The notes under the pieces are model-generated. The model ran no database searches, was not told the origin of the DNA, and saw nothing but the letters and a program-made list of their open reading frames with translations. Below, piece by piece: positions 43,568 through 56,627 of a DNA stretch of 64,000 bases (position 1 is its first letter; each line of letters opens with the position of its first letter). The stretch is taken from assembly GCA_951406725.2 (NCBI GenBank), contig OX597824.1:91078001-91142000 (forward strand), written 5' to 3'. The translations under genes were made by a program, and so were the position numbers. The stretch comes from Octopus vulgaris. Lineage: Eukaryota.

Positions 43568-43628
43568 AATAGATAGACTGACAGACAGACAGGCAGATAG
43601 ATAGATAGATAGGTAGACAGACAGATAA

Positions 43629-43681
<53 letters not shown>

Positions 43682-43720
43682 TAGATAGATAGATAGATAG
43701 AAAGATAGACAGACAGATAA

Positions 43721-43773
<53 letters not shown>

Positions 43774-43820
43774 GAGATAGATAGAGAGAGAGAGATGGAA
43801 AGAAAGAGAGAGAGAGAGAG
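43313..43820. repeat. (GATA/GACA)n microsatellite
   Basis: Directly visible; a GA-rich low-complexity tract also occupies 42355-42900. Confidence 0.95.
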
Positions 43821-44377
43821 CGAGTGTGTCTGCTGAAGGAGGAGATACATGATAAAGCAGTAGTTGGCTGCTACCGTCTGATGATGATAACCTGACAGAG
43901 ACCGTGGCCGTCGCTGTAGTCATGGCTGAAACCCAGGTCAGCACTGATCGAGCGGATTTGTTATCAAAGAAATTCCAGCGGTGATCAACCCATCTCTTTC
44001 TCCCTCCCTCCTTCTCTCTCTCTCTTTGTCTGACTTTTTCTTTTAAAGGCAGATGCATAACAACAACAGGGCGTGATTTCGAGGAGATTTGGTTGCTGTT
44101 TCTAGCCAGCTGAGCGACGACATAGAGATTCCTTTGTTTAATTGATATTATTGGGGAGTGTCGGTATGAGAGACGGTTCTCTGCTTCCTTGCACGCAACT
44201 CAGCGGTTGAGGTATTTATATGACAGGCAGCAGCTTCCAACACAGACAGCACACACACACATTTAAATCTTGAAAAATTCGGTTTCTGGAAGACAGAACA
44301 TATTGTATGACGCCAATCGCAAATACATTCATCCATCCTATCTGTGTATACATTTATTTATTCTACCTACTATCTTA

Positions 44378-44477
<100 letters not shown>

Positions 44478-44661
44478 GAAAATGGGACAAGAACGTAAAA
44501 CATCCAGAAGACGATACAAAAAACACGGACGGGTCATTCGAAACCTTTAATCTTCACTCAAGAACCGGATCAACCTCGCAATTTAGGCTGATTAATCTTG
44601 AGATTGCTCCAATCTGACCAGCCCCAAGGAAAAACTAAGCTAAGCGCATTAGATTCCTTGG

Positions 44662-44728
<67 letters not shown>

Positions 44729-44933
44729 CGGCAGAATGTAAAAATAAACGGATACAGATACCCCAAGACACTGCAGCAGATGCGTTATCCCTTGCTCTAT
44801 TTTCTTCTTGTGTTTCATGCTATTTTCTTTCAGTTATTAATTTCTTTTTACCTATAATCATTCTATTTCATTGCTATTCCTGACTAATATTACTACATTA
44901 ATTACTTTTTCATCTCTCTCTCTCTCTCTCTCT

Positions 44934-44969
<36 letters not shown>

Positions 44970-45300
44970 TATGGTGGTACAAGCGTATACACGTATGTTT
45001 ATACATAGGCATGCTCATATATTTGTGTATTTTCATATATTTATCATTTCAGTATAAGTTTATTTATCTATCCATCTACAAATCAATCTCTATTATTAAT
45101 TCATTAAACTTCTCTCTCTCTCTCTTTCCCTCTCTCTCAGTAACCATCTCTGTCATTTTCTCTCTTTCCGTCTGTCTGTCCTCTTCCCCCACCTCTCTCG
45201 TACGCGCGCTACAGACTGTAGAAGCAAAAACACCATCCTCCAACACACACAAGCAAACAATTATTAACAATGAAAGAACCATTGCCAAAATGTAACTCAC

Positions 45301-45359
45301 CTGTCCAGCAGTATCACAAAGCTGTAGACTGACCGGTTTGTTATTGACCGACACAACCA
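45301..45359 (-). CDS. RHOU: Internal 59-bp coding exon of the RhoU/V-like gene
   Basis: tctttatttgcag|TG GTT GTG TCG GTC AAT AAC AAA CCG GTC AGT CTA CAG CTT TGT GAT ACT GCT GGA CAG|gtgagt encodes (V)VVSVNNKPVSLQLCDTAGQ, which contains the G3 motif. It joins in frame to DDFD of the terminal exon. LCDTAGQ with Cys is RhoU/V-like. Confidence 0.95.
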
Positions 45360-45640
45360 CTGCAAATAAAGAAATAAAGACAAACATAGTTACTTCCCTT
45401 TATATTTACTCTTTTATGTAATGAACATTTACCAAAACAATTATAACAGGGACCACAAATTGTAAAAACGTAATTTAGGGTTTTTTTTTTCTTTCTATTT
45501 TCTTTTACATTGAGGGGATTTGTGTTCTTATGTTTGAATACACGGCAAAAGTAAAATGGTTCTCCGTCGGTTTCGACAAGGAATATTCAATTGTTCGACC
45601 AACCTGTTCACAGAATTACCATAATTCTTGGGTACTTGGG

Positions 45641-45735
45641 ACTTTTTACTCTTTTATTTGTTTCAGTCATTTGACTATGGCCATGCTGGAGCCCCGCCTG
45701 TAGTCATGCAAATCAACCCTAGGACTTATTCTTTG

Positions 45736-45778
<43 letters not shown>

Positions 45779-45941
45779 CATATATACGACGGGCTTCTTT
45801 CAGTTTCCGTCTATCAAATCCACTCACAAGGCTTTGGTCGGCCCGAAGCTATAGCAGAAGACACTTGCCCAATGTGCCACGCAGTGGAACTGAACCCGGA
45901 ACCATGTGGTTGGTAAGCAAGCTACTTACCACACAGTCACT
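45641..45941 (-). mobile_element. SINE A with an internal deletion
   Basis: Matches family A. Confidence 0.85.
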
Positions 45942-46009
45942 TCTAAATACAATACATTCGGAGTTGAGGCTCCTTACCCAGGTTCAATTACAAAGTTTGA
46001 TTTGATTGG

Positions 46010-46280
46010 TTAACGCCTTCTTTCCCTTTGGGGCACAGGTCATCGATGACTTTTTTCCTCTGTTTTCAACTCTGGGTTATCTTTTCCTCTTCTCTCGTTT
46101 TGGATCCCTACGTTTTTTAGCTTTGCCTCAGTATCCTACCTCCAGCTATTTTAAGGGCGTCTTCTCTTGCGGTTCCCTCGTCGGGGCCCGACGTATAATA
46201 GAAGATATTGGCTTCTTTCAAGTGTGGGTTTATTCATCAGCACTTGTCTACTTGATTTTGCTGCACGGCATCACATGATT
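46010..46280 (-). mobile_element. Degraded RTE-clade LINE 3' fragment
   Basis: Minus strand HT*KKPISSIIRRAP...NRKRRRP..*LE.. resembles the RTE C-terminal motif HxLRK...WxPxGKRxRGRP..W. Confidence 0.5.
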
Positions 46281-46415
46281 CCTTGAAGCCCAATATATAA
46301 CGGCTGTGATGCGTGTGCCTGGAGCACCCTTATCAGACGGGTAGTCATGATGGGTATATTGGGCATCGTATATCTATACTCTTTTGATAGCTTGCGCTGC
46401 TCTCTCACTTACACG

Positions 46416-46491
<76 letters not shown>

Positions 46492-46495
<4 letters not shown>

Positions 46496-46912
46496 GGTAT
46501 TTGTCTAGACCTACCAGAAACTGAGCAAATATAAAGATCTTGAAATAGAAATCAGCAAAATGTGGAACCTGAAGACTAAAACAATACCTGTTGTCATAGG
46601 TGCCCTGGGAACGATAGCAAAAGGGGCTGATTACTACCTAGCTCAGATACCAGGAAACCTCAAAATGGCAGAAATTCAAAAGATAGTGCTCATGGGAACT
46701 GCCCATATCCTACGTATAATATTTTCTATGTAATCTCAAGTTTTAAAACAAACACAATTTTCTTATGGTTTCTTAAACATTCTCTTGAACAATACTATGT
46801 ACAAAACCAAATATATGGCACCCTAGGCATAACACCAACATAAACTTTCAACTTGTTGTCTCTTGAGGTCTCTGGGTGAGACTTGGAGCCAACTTGGAGC
46901 AAAAGTCAAACA

Positions 46913-46913
<1 letters not shown>
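46492..46913 (+). mobile_element. 5'-truncated Dong/R4-clade LINE inserted in (TAA)n
   Basis: 46512-46733 encodes YQKLSKYKDLEIEISKMWNLKTKTIPVVIGALGTIAKGADYYLAQIPGNLKMAEIQKIVLMGTAHILRIIFSM*, a restriction-like endonuclease C-terminus. (TAA)n lies on both sides. Confidence 0.9.
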
Positions 46914-46968
<55 letters not shown>

Positions 46969-47383
46969 GGGATAATCACGCCTGGAATGGTCATAAATGA
47001 TCGAGGGGGTACCTAAACAATACCAAACAAATATTTATCGTCTTTCACCTTTAATCTGATTTTCCGTGAGATTAGAGGAAGACGTTTTGTAATGTTTCAG
47101 GGAGTATTTCAGACAAAACTGCTGCGCAGTAGAAAAAATAACAATGGAAAAAAGAAATAGAAAAAAGACTCTAGAGAACAAAAAGAAAAAAAAACAAAAA
47201 AAAAGAGAAGTGAAAACAAAAGAAAAATTTACATATCAAATCTAATTTCGGCTGTAATCTAATTAGACGAATTAACAAGCGAACATGAAAGAGAAGAGAA
47301 ACAAATTTCAAAGTAATGAAATAAAATAAATGGAATAGCGCTAAATGGGGAGAGAAAAGAAAAAAAGCCATTTATACTTTCTA

Positions 47384-47437
<54 letters not shown>

Positions 47438-47609
47438 GCTGATAAAAATTAAAAACGAAACAATGACACAATAATTCTATTATATAACCGATAATGGATA
47501 AATAATGAAATAGTTTTGCTGCGTAATTCAATAGATTCAATTCAGCTAAATATGTTCAAAGGCGGTAAACTGACGGAATTGTTAGCGCGCCGGACGAAAT
47601 TCTTAGCAG

Positions 47610-47660
<51 letters not shown>

Positions 47661-48264
47661 CATAAAGAACGACCCTTCAAGACTAGAAAAAACAGCCAAC
47701 AACTGAGGAAGGGTCGTTCATTACGTTGTTTGTTTTCTTTTCCATTTGTGTCTTTCGTTGTTCGAAAGAATAGTTGATGTTCCATGTACTCGTGCTTCGT
47801 ACTTTTTTGGAGTACACGTTTCATGAAGTTCTGTGCCCACATATGCATATACATACACACACACACAAGTACCCAACCCAGTCGTCTTTTCTTGGTGCGT
47901 CCAATCCCTTCGGTCTTACACTAACTACCATGTCCAATCAGATCTCTAGAATCTTATCTGTAACAGGCCAACTCTTTTCTCCAAATGTTGGCCTGCAAAA
48001 CTTTAAGTAATATATTAGTAGCATCAAGGTGACCGGTCTCGGGGAAGAAGTGGCTGGAAAGATCATGGTGAATGCAAACTCAAGAGATGCACCCCCCACC
48101 AAAAAAAAAAACAACAAAGTGGGGCAAGGGATAAGAGAAGAGAGAAGAAGAAAGGGTGGGAGAAAATTAAAGAGGTAACGTGATAAAATAAATGAGTGAA
48201 TGCGAGAATGGTACACACACACACAGAGATAGACACACATAAAGAGAGAAGAGAGAGAGAATGT

Positions 48265-48317
<53 letters not shown>

Positions 48318-48690
48318 TTTAACTGCTACGTATGAATATTTGTGGATGAGTCATGAAAATAAGGATAAATATGATGACCACGAAGCGAACAGTGATTATT
48401 ATGATCATGATGATGATGATGATTATCATCATCATCATCATCATCGTCGTCGTCGTCGTCGTCATGAGACAGGACGACATCAATAAAAATAAATATTGAT
48501 GATGATGATGTCCATGATGTTGTTCTTGTTGTTGGTGATGATGTAATAAAACACAAACACAGCTGAGCAACTGTCGTCTGCCAAAGGAATAAAAAAAGAA
48601 AGCAAAAGCTATGGCAGCTGTCATCTGTTCGCAGCAGCAGTGGTAGTAGTAGTAGTAGTAGTGGTGGTGGTGGTGGTAGTAGTAATTTTT

Positions 48691-48722
<32 letters not shown>

Positions 48723-49021
48723 GGTGGTAGTAGTAATTTTTGTAGTAGTAGTAGTAGTAGTAGTAGTGTCTCGTGATAGTAATGATCGATCAGACTTAAT
48801 GGTAATGAAAGGCGTTCCAGCTATGACGAATCTGGTCCACCCCTCCTCTATTTGCAGGGAATCCAGGGGCTGCATTAGCCAACGTGTCCTCTTTAAAAAA
48901 AAAACGACATAGTGCGAGTTGAGAGAAACTTTGCTGCTGTTTCTAGCAGGTCGTGTAAACCGCGCAGAGATTCGACAGTAGTAGTGGTAGTAGTTGTATA
49001 CCTTATGAAAAGAACGAGAGA

Positions 49022-49080
<59 letters not shown>

Positions 49081-49183
49081 AGAAAAGAGAGAGAGACAGA
49101 CAGACAGACAGAGACAGAAATAGGGGAGAGAGAGACAGAGACAGAAATAGAGAGAAAGAGAGAGAAGGAGAGAGAGAGAGAAA

Positions 49184-49223
<40 letters not shown>

Positions 49224-49326
49224 AGAAAAGAGAGAGAGACAGACAGACAGACAGAGACAGAAATAGGGGAGAGAGAGACAGAGACAGAAATAGAGAGAAA
49301 GAGAGAGAAGGAGAGAGAGAGAGAAA

Positions 49327-49360
<34 letters not shown>

Positions 49361-49764
49361 GACAAGGAGAGAGAGAGTGAGGACATAGCAAGCTGCACCC
49401 AGTAGACTATGAAAGTTCTTGGCCCAACCCAATCACATGCACTAAAATGGTCTGAGATTCTTTAAACTAGGAAACTCCCAAGACACTCCTTTTGGATAAG
49501 TCACCAACTTCCCCCCCCACTCCCCGCATTCTTTCTATTATCCCGACAATACTCCATTCCATTACGCCTTATGGTCTAAACCAGCATTTTCCAACTTTTG
49601 TAACCCTTGCGGAACCTTTCAAATAACCCCATTCACCACCACCATCCCAGTGTTTCACTGGTACTTAATTTATCGACCCCGGAAAGATGAGAGATAAAGT
49701 CGACCTCGGCAGAATTTGAACACTGATATAAAACACACACACACACACACACATGTTGTTGATT

Positions 49765-49998
49765 GTTCCTTCTCGAGCCATACCTGTCTCATAAGGGCCG
49801 GTTTCCCGGTTTCATTGACGTATAGGTTCCCCACCTGGACGGGACGCCGGTCCGTCGCAGGTGAGCTGCTAAATGCAGGAGGAAAGAGTGAGAGAAAGTT
49901 GTAACGAAAGTGTCAGCAGAAGTTCGCCATTACTTTCTGCCAGAGCCGCGTGAAGCTTAGGTGTTTTGCTCATAAACACACACATCGCCCGGTCTGAG
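49765..49998 (-). mobile_element. SINE C with V-like tail, 5'-truncated
   Basis: Reverse complement of 2480-2720. Confidence 0.85.
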
Positions 49999-50282
49999 AT
50001 TAAAAAATGCGCTCCATCCATTCTGTTAAGAAGGTAAAATGATACAGCATAATGCTCGCTCACCTTCAGATTTCACCCGGTGTCATCCAGTAGTAGTATT
50101 ATACGTACTGTTTGATTTGCGTTGGGGCATCACTAGATGTCATAATGCAAGAAAACGGTTACATAACCAAATGCCAGCAGACTTGGAGAACTACGTTGCG
50201 TGGAAACAATTGTAGTGATTACAAATAAACGTTCCTCTGTACTCCTTGTTGACTCCAACTTATATATATATATATATATATA

Positions 50283-50495
50283 GTAACCCCGCTCCAAAGC
50301 GAAGAACAAACACAAGAAAAAAACAACGCGAGGATGTGGTACATGTAAAGTATTAGCAGACGCTCAGGGAAGGGAAGAAAGGTGGTTTTACGTTTCGAGC
50401 AACGCCCTTCTTCAGAAACAGGAGACGGAGGAAAGTCCAAGAAAAGAGGAAGACGGAGGGAAAAAAATCGCCACCGATCCACATGTGGTTATATT
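50283..50495 (-). mobile_element. Short Penelope-like element carrying a canonical hammerhead
   Basis: Same layout as 33030-33240; abuts (TA)n. Confidence 0.75.
50385..50419 (-). ncRNA. Minimal type-I hammerhead ribozyme with a canonical core
   Basis: gttt-CTGAAGA-A-gggc(gtt)gctc-GAAA-CG-TA^aaac: CUGANGA and GAAA core, GUA cleavage triplet, ACGU palindrome as stem III. Confidence 0.75.
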
Positions 50496-50544
50496 ATATA
50501 CTTGGAAATGGATGCTTCGCGTTCAATTAAATAATATATATATC

Positions 50545-50608
<64 letters not shown>

Positions 50609-51343
50609 TCACATATGGGTAAAGGACGTCACCAACGGTGCAATAACATGCAATACGTAAACAACGAGAAAAAATGGAAAACAGGACAGCACAGAGTTGT
50701 CCGCTATCTACCTACTCCTCATTTCGAGCATTCAAGTGAGTGGATAAAACACTCGGCACTTGACTCAAGAAGGGCACTCAACCAATGTACTGGGAGTTAC
50801 AATGTATGGATAAAAACAGTTTGGTCCATGTGTGTGTGTGTGTGTATGTGTGTGTGTGTGTGTGTGTTTGTATGTATATAGTGCACGTGGGAAAGTATGG
50901 TGCCATTGTTCTCAACCATTTGTTTTTTTTTTACCTAAGGACCCTTTTCATTACTAGTTTATTCTGTTTGCCCCCACCCCCGCCCCTATAGCCATTCCAT
51001 GGTTTAAAAAGTAATTTTACAGTTAATTCTTTCAAATTTCTTATTTTGTTTTTCACTCGTTCACTTATGTCGGTTTGCAAAAGCGCGATCTAAGAGAACG
51101 TTCTAATGGCCGGAAACACGTAGGGTTATGTAAAAACATTAGAGAAAGAAAACAAAAACCTAGCTGTTTTTTGCAATGATTTACACACATGATCCAAAGC
51201 CAAATTTTGTCATAGACCCTTAAAGCACTATTTAAAACACCCCGAATTCACCATTTTGCTTGCGTGAACCTCTGACCCCCAGGGGTTATAAAGACCCAAG
51301 CTGAGAACATTTCGCATAGTGTATGGTCCTTATCATGCTTAAA

Positions 51344-51840
51344 AGGTGACGAGCTGACAGAAAAGTTAGCACGCCGGCCGAAATGCTTAACGGTATTTCG
51401 TCTGCCGTTACGTTCTGAGTTCAAATCTTGCCGAGGTCGACTTTGCCTTTCATCTTTTCGGGGTCGATTAAATAAGTACCAGTTACGCACTGGGGTCGAT
51501 ATAATCGACTTAATCCGTTTGTCTGTCCTTGTTTGTCCTCTCTGTGTTTAGCCCCTTGTGGGTAGTAAAGAGATAGGTATTTCGTCTGCCGTTACGTTCT
51601 GAGTTCAACTTTGCCTTTCATCCTTTCGGGGTCGATTAAATAAGTACCAGTTACGCACTGGAGTCGATATAATCGACTTAATACCTATGTCTGTCCTTGT
51701 TTGTCCTCTCTGTGTTTAGCCTCTTGTGGGTAGCAAAGAAATAGGTATTTCGTCTGCTGCTACGTTCTGAGTTCAAATTCCGCCGAGGTCGACTTTGCCT
51801 TTCATCCTTTCGGGGTCGATTGTGGGTAGTAAAGAAATAG
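51344..51840 (+). mobile_element. SINE B tandem trimer (one head plus three bodies)
   Basis: Units restart at GTATTTCGTCTG; ~20-bp flanking duplication at 51321-51340 and 51841-51860. Confidence 0.88.
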
Positions 51841-52405
51841 GTACGGTCCCTATCATGCTTGAGATGACAGCACCGTGTTCAAAACACTCAGCACTTGACT
51901 CAAGTCCTGTAACTTTTCTGTTGCCGGTTAACATATATATATAAGTGTGTGCTTGTATCTTCCATCATATATAATCTACGAGCATTGTCTATCTGTTCAT
52001 CACAACCACAACCACCACCACCATGGCAGTATATCCCCCGCCCCGCCGCCTTCAAACCCCCCACCATCCGGCCCTGACCCAAATCCACTGTCATCCAATA
52101 ACCTAATACTACCAGATCTAAAAACCTTTTCTACTATTTTCCCACGCTCTTACTTAAACTGCATCTTCCCCCACCCTCTTCTCATTACCCCTTTCACTTC
52201 ATCTCTCACCACATCTTTCTATCTGTCTATCTATCTGCCTCTCCCTCCCTCTCTCCCTCTCCCTCTCATCTCTGTTCTGACTCGATGTCTCTAACATCGT
52301 TCTCTCTTTTATTTTTTTCTTTCTTTCTTTCTCTTTTCTCTCTCCTTTCCCACCTTATTCAAACTCATCCTTTTGCTTTAACCAACAATATAAATATACA
52401 CACGC

Positions 52406-52443
<38 letters not shown>

Positions 52444-52504
52444 CACACACATACACACAGATAAGTAATATAAATATATTGGCTGTGTAAATATATATAT
52501 ATAT

Positions 52505-52647
52505 TGGCTTGCTTACCAACTACATTGGTTCTGGGTTCAGTCCCACTGCGTGACACCTTGGGCAAGTGTCTTCCACTGTAGCCTCGGGCCGACCAAAGCC
52601 TTGTGAGTGGATTTGGTAGACGGAAACTGAAAGAAGCCCGTCGTATA

Positions 52648-52720
<73 letters not shown>

Positions 52721-52937
52721 TTGTGTGTCTGTGTTTGTCCCCCCAACATCGCTTGACAACCGATGCTGGTGTGTTTATGTCCCCGTCACTTAGCAGTTCG
52801 GCAAAAGAGACCGATAGAATAAGTACTGGGCTTACAAAAAAGAATAAGTCCCGGGGTCGAGTTGCTCGATTAAAGGCGGTGCTCCAGCATGGCCGCAGTC
52901 AAATGACTGAAACAAGTAAAAGAGTAAAAGAGTAAAG
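52505..52937 (+). mobile_element. SINE A
   Basis: Matches family A. Confidence 0.88.
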
Positions 52938-53166
52938 AGATATATATATATATATGTAGGTAGTATGTTTATATTTTGTCCAACTCATGCCAGCACGGAA
53001 AGCAGATGTAAATGATGTTTATATATTTAAAATATATAGGTTTGTGCGTGTTTGTATACACACATATATATATATACACTGATATATATATACGCATTTT
53101 ACATGAATAGATAAATATGGTTGCACATTTTTCGAGCAACCAGCATTCGGTAAGGCAACACTATAT

Positions 53167-53239
<73 letters not shown>

Positions 53240-53249
53240 ATGTGTGTGT

Positions 53250-53303
<54 letters not shown>

Positions 53304-53417
53304 TGTGATAAATAGTGATGATCTTTCAACAGCTCACAAGAAACAGCTGGAAAAACTCAGATTTCTCGTTACTGTTACGCATTCAACAACCTTAACATAT
53401 ATATACATATATACATA

Positions 53418-53491
<74 letters not shown>

Positions 53492-53720
53492 TATACTCAC
53501 ACACACACATTTATATATATATATACACATACATATACATACATACATATACATACATACATATATACATACATACATACATACATACATATGTGTGTGT
53601 ATGCATGTATGTATGTATATATATATATATAAACACAAAGACAAATAAATTGATAGATATGTATGTACAGGCATATATGCGTATGTATATGTACGTGTGC
53701 ATGTGTGTGTGAGTGTATAC

Positions 53721-53752
<32 letters not shown>

Positions 53753-53982
53753 ATGCGTATATAAATCTTATAGAATATATATGCGTGTATATGACGTATA
53801 TAGGTGTGTGTGTGTGTGTGTGTGTGAGGGGCGGGGAGTGTGTGTAATTCCTTTCTGTCTGATATCAGTCGTACCTAATGACCTAGATTATACGCATTCA
53901 CTAAACTCAATTATATAAACAGCACAACGCAGAAAAGTAATTAAACAATACTTTCGTAACTTCTCTCTCTCTCTCTCACACA

Positions 53983-54014
<32 letters not shown>

Positions 54015-54395
54015 GAGGAATACACACACACACACCCGAATGCTGACACAGAAATACGCAGATATTTATAACCCTTATTATTATTATATAGGCTCATACA
54101 CAAACCTTTTACGCTAATTTATGTTTATCCTCCCATAAATACACACACACACACACACACATTTAGGCTTACGTAAGTATTCGTACGTATTCGCCACACA
54201 TTCAGACTCGTTTCTCTCTCTCTCTTCCGGTTGTCCAGTTCAAGCTGATAACGAAGCTCTGCTTCATTAAGACTAAGAGATATAATAAAGTAACCGTCAG
54301 GTCATCGGCTCATAATTTCTGTCGTAGGTGGGATATGTAGGCGAATGTAATGGCGCGGTGTTGGTGGCCAGGGACCATTAGAGCGGATGTGATGA

Positions 54396-54985
54396 GGCGG
54401 CGAGCTGGCAGAAACGTTAGCACGCCGGGCAAAATGCTCAGCAGTATTTCGTCTGTCGCTACGTTCTGAGTTCAAATTCAGCCGAGGTCGACTTTGCCTT
54501 TCGTCCTTTCGGGGTCGATAAATAAAGTACCACATACGCACTGGGGTCGATATAATCGACTTAATCCGTTTGTTTGTCCTTGTTTGTCCACTCTATGTTT
54601 AGCCCCTTGTGGGTAGTAAAGAAAAAGGTATTTCGTCTGCCGTTACGTTCTGAGTTCAAATTCCGCCGAGGTCGACTTTGCCTTTCATCCTTTCGAGGTC
54701 GATAAAGTAAGTACCAGTTACGCACTGGAGTCGATATAATCGACTTAATCCGTTTGTCTGTCCTCTGTGTTTAGCCCCTTGTGGGTAGTAAAGAAAAAGG
54801 TATTTCGTCTGCCGTTACGTTCTGAGTTCAAATTCCGCCGAGGTCGACTTTGCCTTTCATCCTTTCGAAGTCGATTAAAATACGTTCCAGTTACGCACAG
54901 GGGTCAATATAATCGACTTAATCCGTTTGTCTGTCCTTGTTTGTCCTCTCTGTGTTTAGTCCCTTGTGGGTAGTAAAGAAATAGG
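54396..54985 (+). mobile_element. SINE B tandem trimer
   Basis: Three bodies after one head; TGTGATGA is duplicated at 54388-54395 and 54987-54994. Confidence 0.88.
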
Positions 54986-55475
54986 GTGTGATGAGGTGGG
55001 AGTTAGCCGGTACATTGGAAAGCCAACCCCGTGAATACATAACGAAGCCCTCATCCGCAATGGGGTAGCAACGAGTGTGTACCGTTCGGGGTAAACACTC
55101 GAGTTTGCCACCCCAGCAATGTAACCTATACAATAAGCATGGGGGACTTTTTCCCCCCGAAAAACGGGCTGCATGTGGCTCAGCCCATCATTAGGCGGGC
55201 CGCACTACTTGAAAATTCACGGTAAACTTTTGTTAAGCGTGTCTTTCAGAAGGTTCTGTTGACCGCAGTTTGCTTCTGACTGGTCTACAGGCTTGTACAG
55301 CAGACCCAATATTTCTGCCCTTATAAAGCGTGGTCCGGGTCAGACCGTAGTCCTCGCTCCCGCCCCTATTAGCTCCGCTACTGAACCATGAACGCACCCA
55401 AAATGCGTATCAGAAACAGATGCAAGTCTGTGATGCAGAAATAAATGTATAAAACGCATTATGTATGCCTTTTCC

Positions 55476-55521
<46 letters not shown>

Positions 55522-55544
55522 GTCAAAGAACAAGCAATTAAAAA

Positions 55545-55745
55545 AAACAAAGGAAAATAATAAAAAAAACAAACAAAAACGAACATTAAGTACGTGCACA
55601 AACATCATAGCAATTTGACGCTGTGACGGAGAGAGTTGTTAATGTTTCGAGCAATAGCTCTTCATCGGAAAGAGTAAAGTCGAAAGAGAAAGAAGGAAAA
55701 ATAAGGAAAAATCGCCAACAATCCACGTTTGGTTACATTCCTGAA
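55545..55745 (-). mobile_element. Short Penelope-like element with a hammerhead variant (55637-55672)
   Basis: cttt-CCGATGA-A-gagc(tatt)gctc-GAAACATT-aaca. Confidence 0.6.
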
Positions 55746-55947
55746 ATACACAACATACACAAACATACATACATACATATTTATATTCATATTCATACAT
55801 ACATGTATGTATGAGTGCGTGTGTGTGCAGAGTGTGTGTGTGTGTGTATGTGTGTGAGAGAGAGAGAGAGGGGGAGTGCGATCAGATCAACTGGAACCCT
55901 CGTCACCGTAATTGACAGAGAGCCAGTTTTATTTAATTAATTAATTA

Positions 55948-56004
<57 letters not shown>

Positions 56005-56321
56005 CATCATTTTGTTGTTGTTGCTGTTGTTGTTATTATATTTCACGGAGCTCATGTTACAGCCGAGCGGATTGGAGCAACGTGGAATGGTTTCCTCGAA
56101 GAGTACAAGACTTCGCCTTCACCACTAAGTCACGTGCGCTTTCGCAAGAGAGAGGGTAACTCACAGAAACAAAACAAACAAACAAAGCAAAAATAAAATA
56201 AAATAAAATAAAAGCAGACTTTTGTGATGATTAGAGATCGATGGAATTAGTAATAAACTAAGAACAGGGTGGTGGGCGTTTTTAGACCGTCTGTTTAACA
56301 TTAGTAGAAGAAGAATTAAAG

Positions 56322-56363
<42 letters not shown>

Positions 56364-56574
56364 ACACACACAGACACTCTCACACACACACACAGACACT
56401 CTCACACACAGAGACACACAGACACTCACACACACAGACACACACACACACACACAGACACACAGAGACACTCACACACACACAGACACTCACACACACA
56501 CACAGACACACACAGACACAGACACACACAGACACTCTCACACACACAGACACTCACAAACACACACAGACACT

Positions 56575-56627
<53 letters not shown>

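Noticed and set aside
45076-45387. 103-aa ORF as a complete gene
   Set aside because: Only 45301-45359 is exon; the rest is read-through into intron on both sides.
51344-54985. Tandem ~180-bp units as a CRISPR-like array or satellite
   Set aside because: There are no unique spacers, the context is eukaryotic, and the units are SINE bodies.
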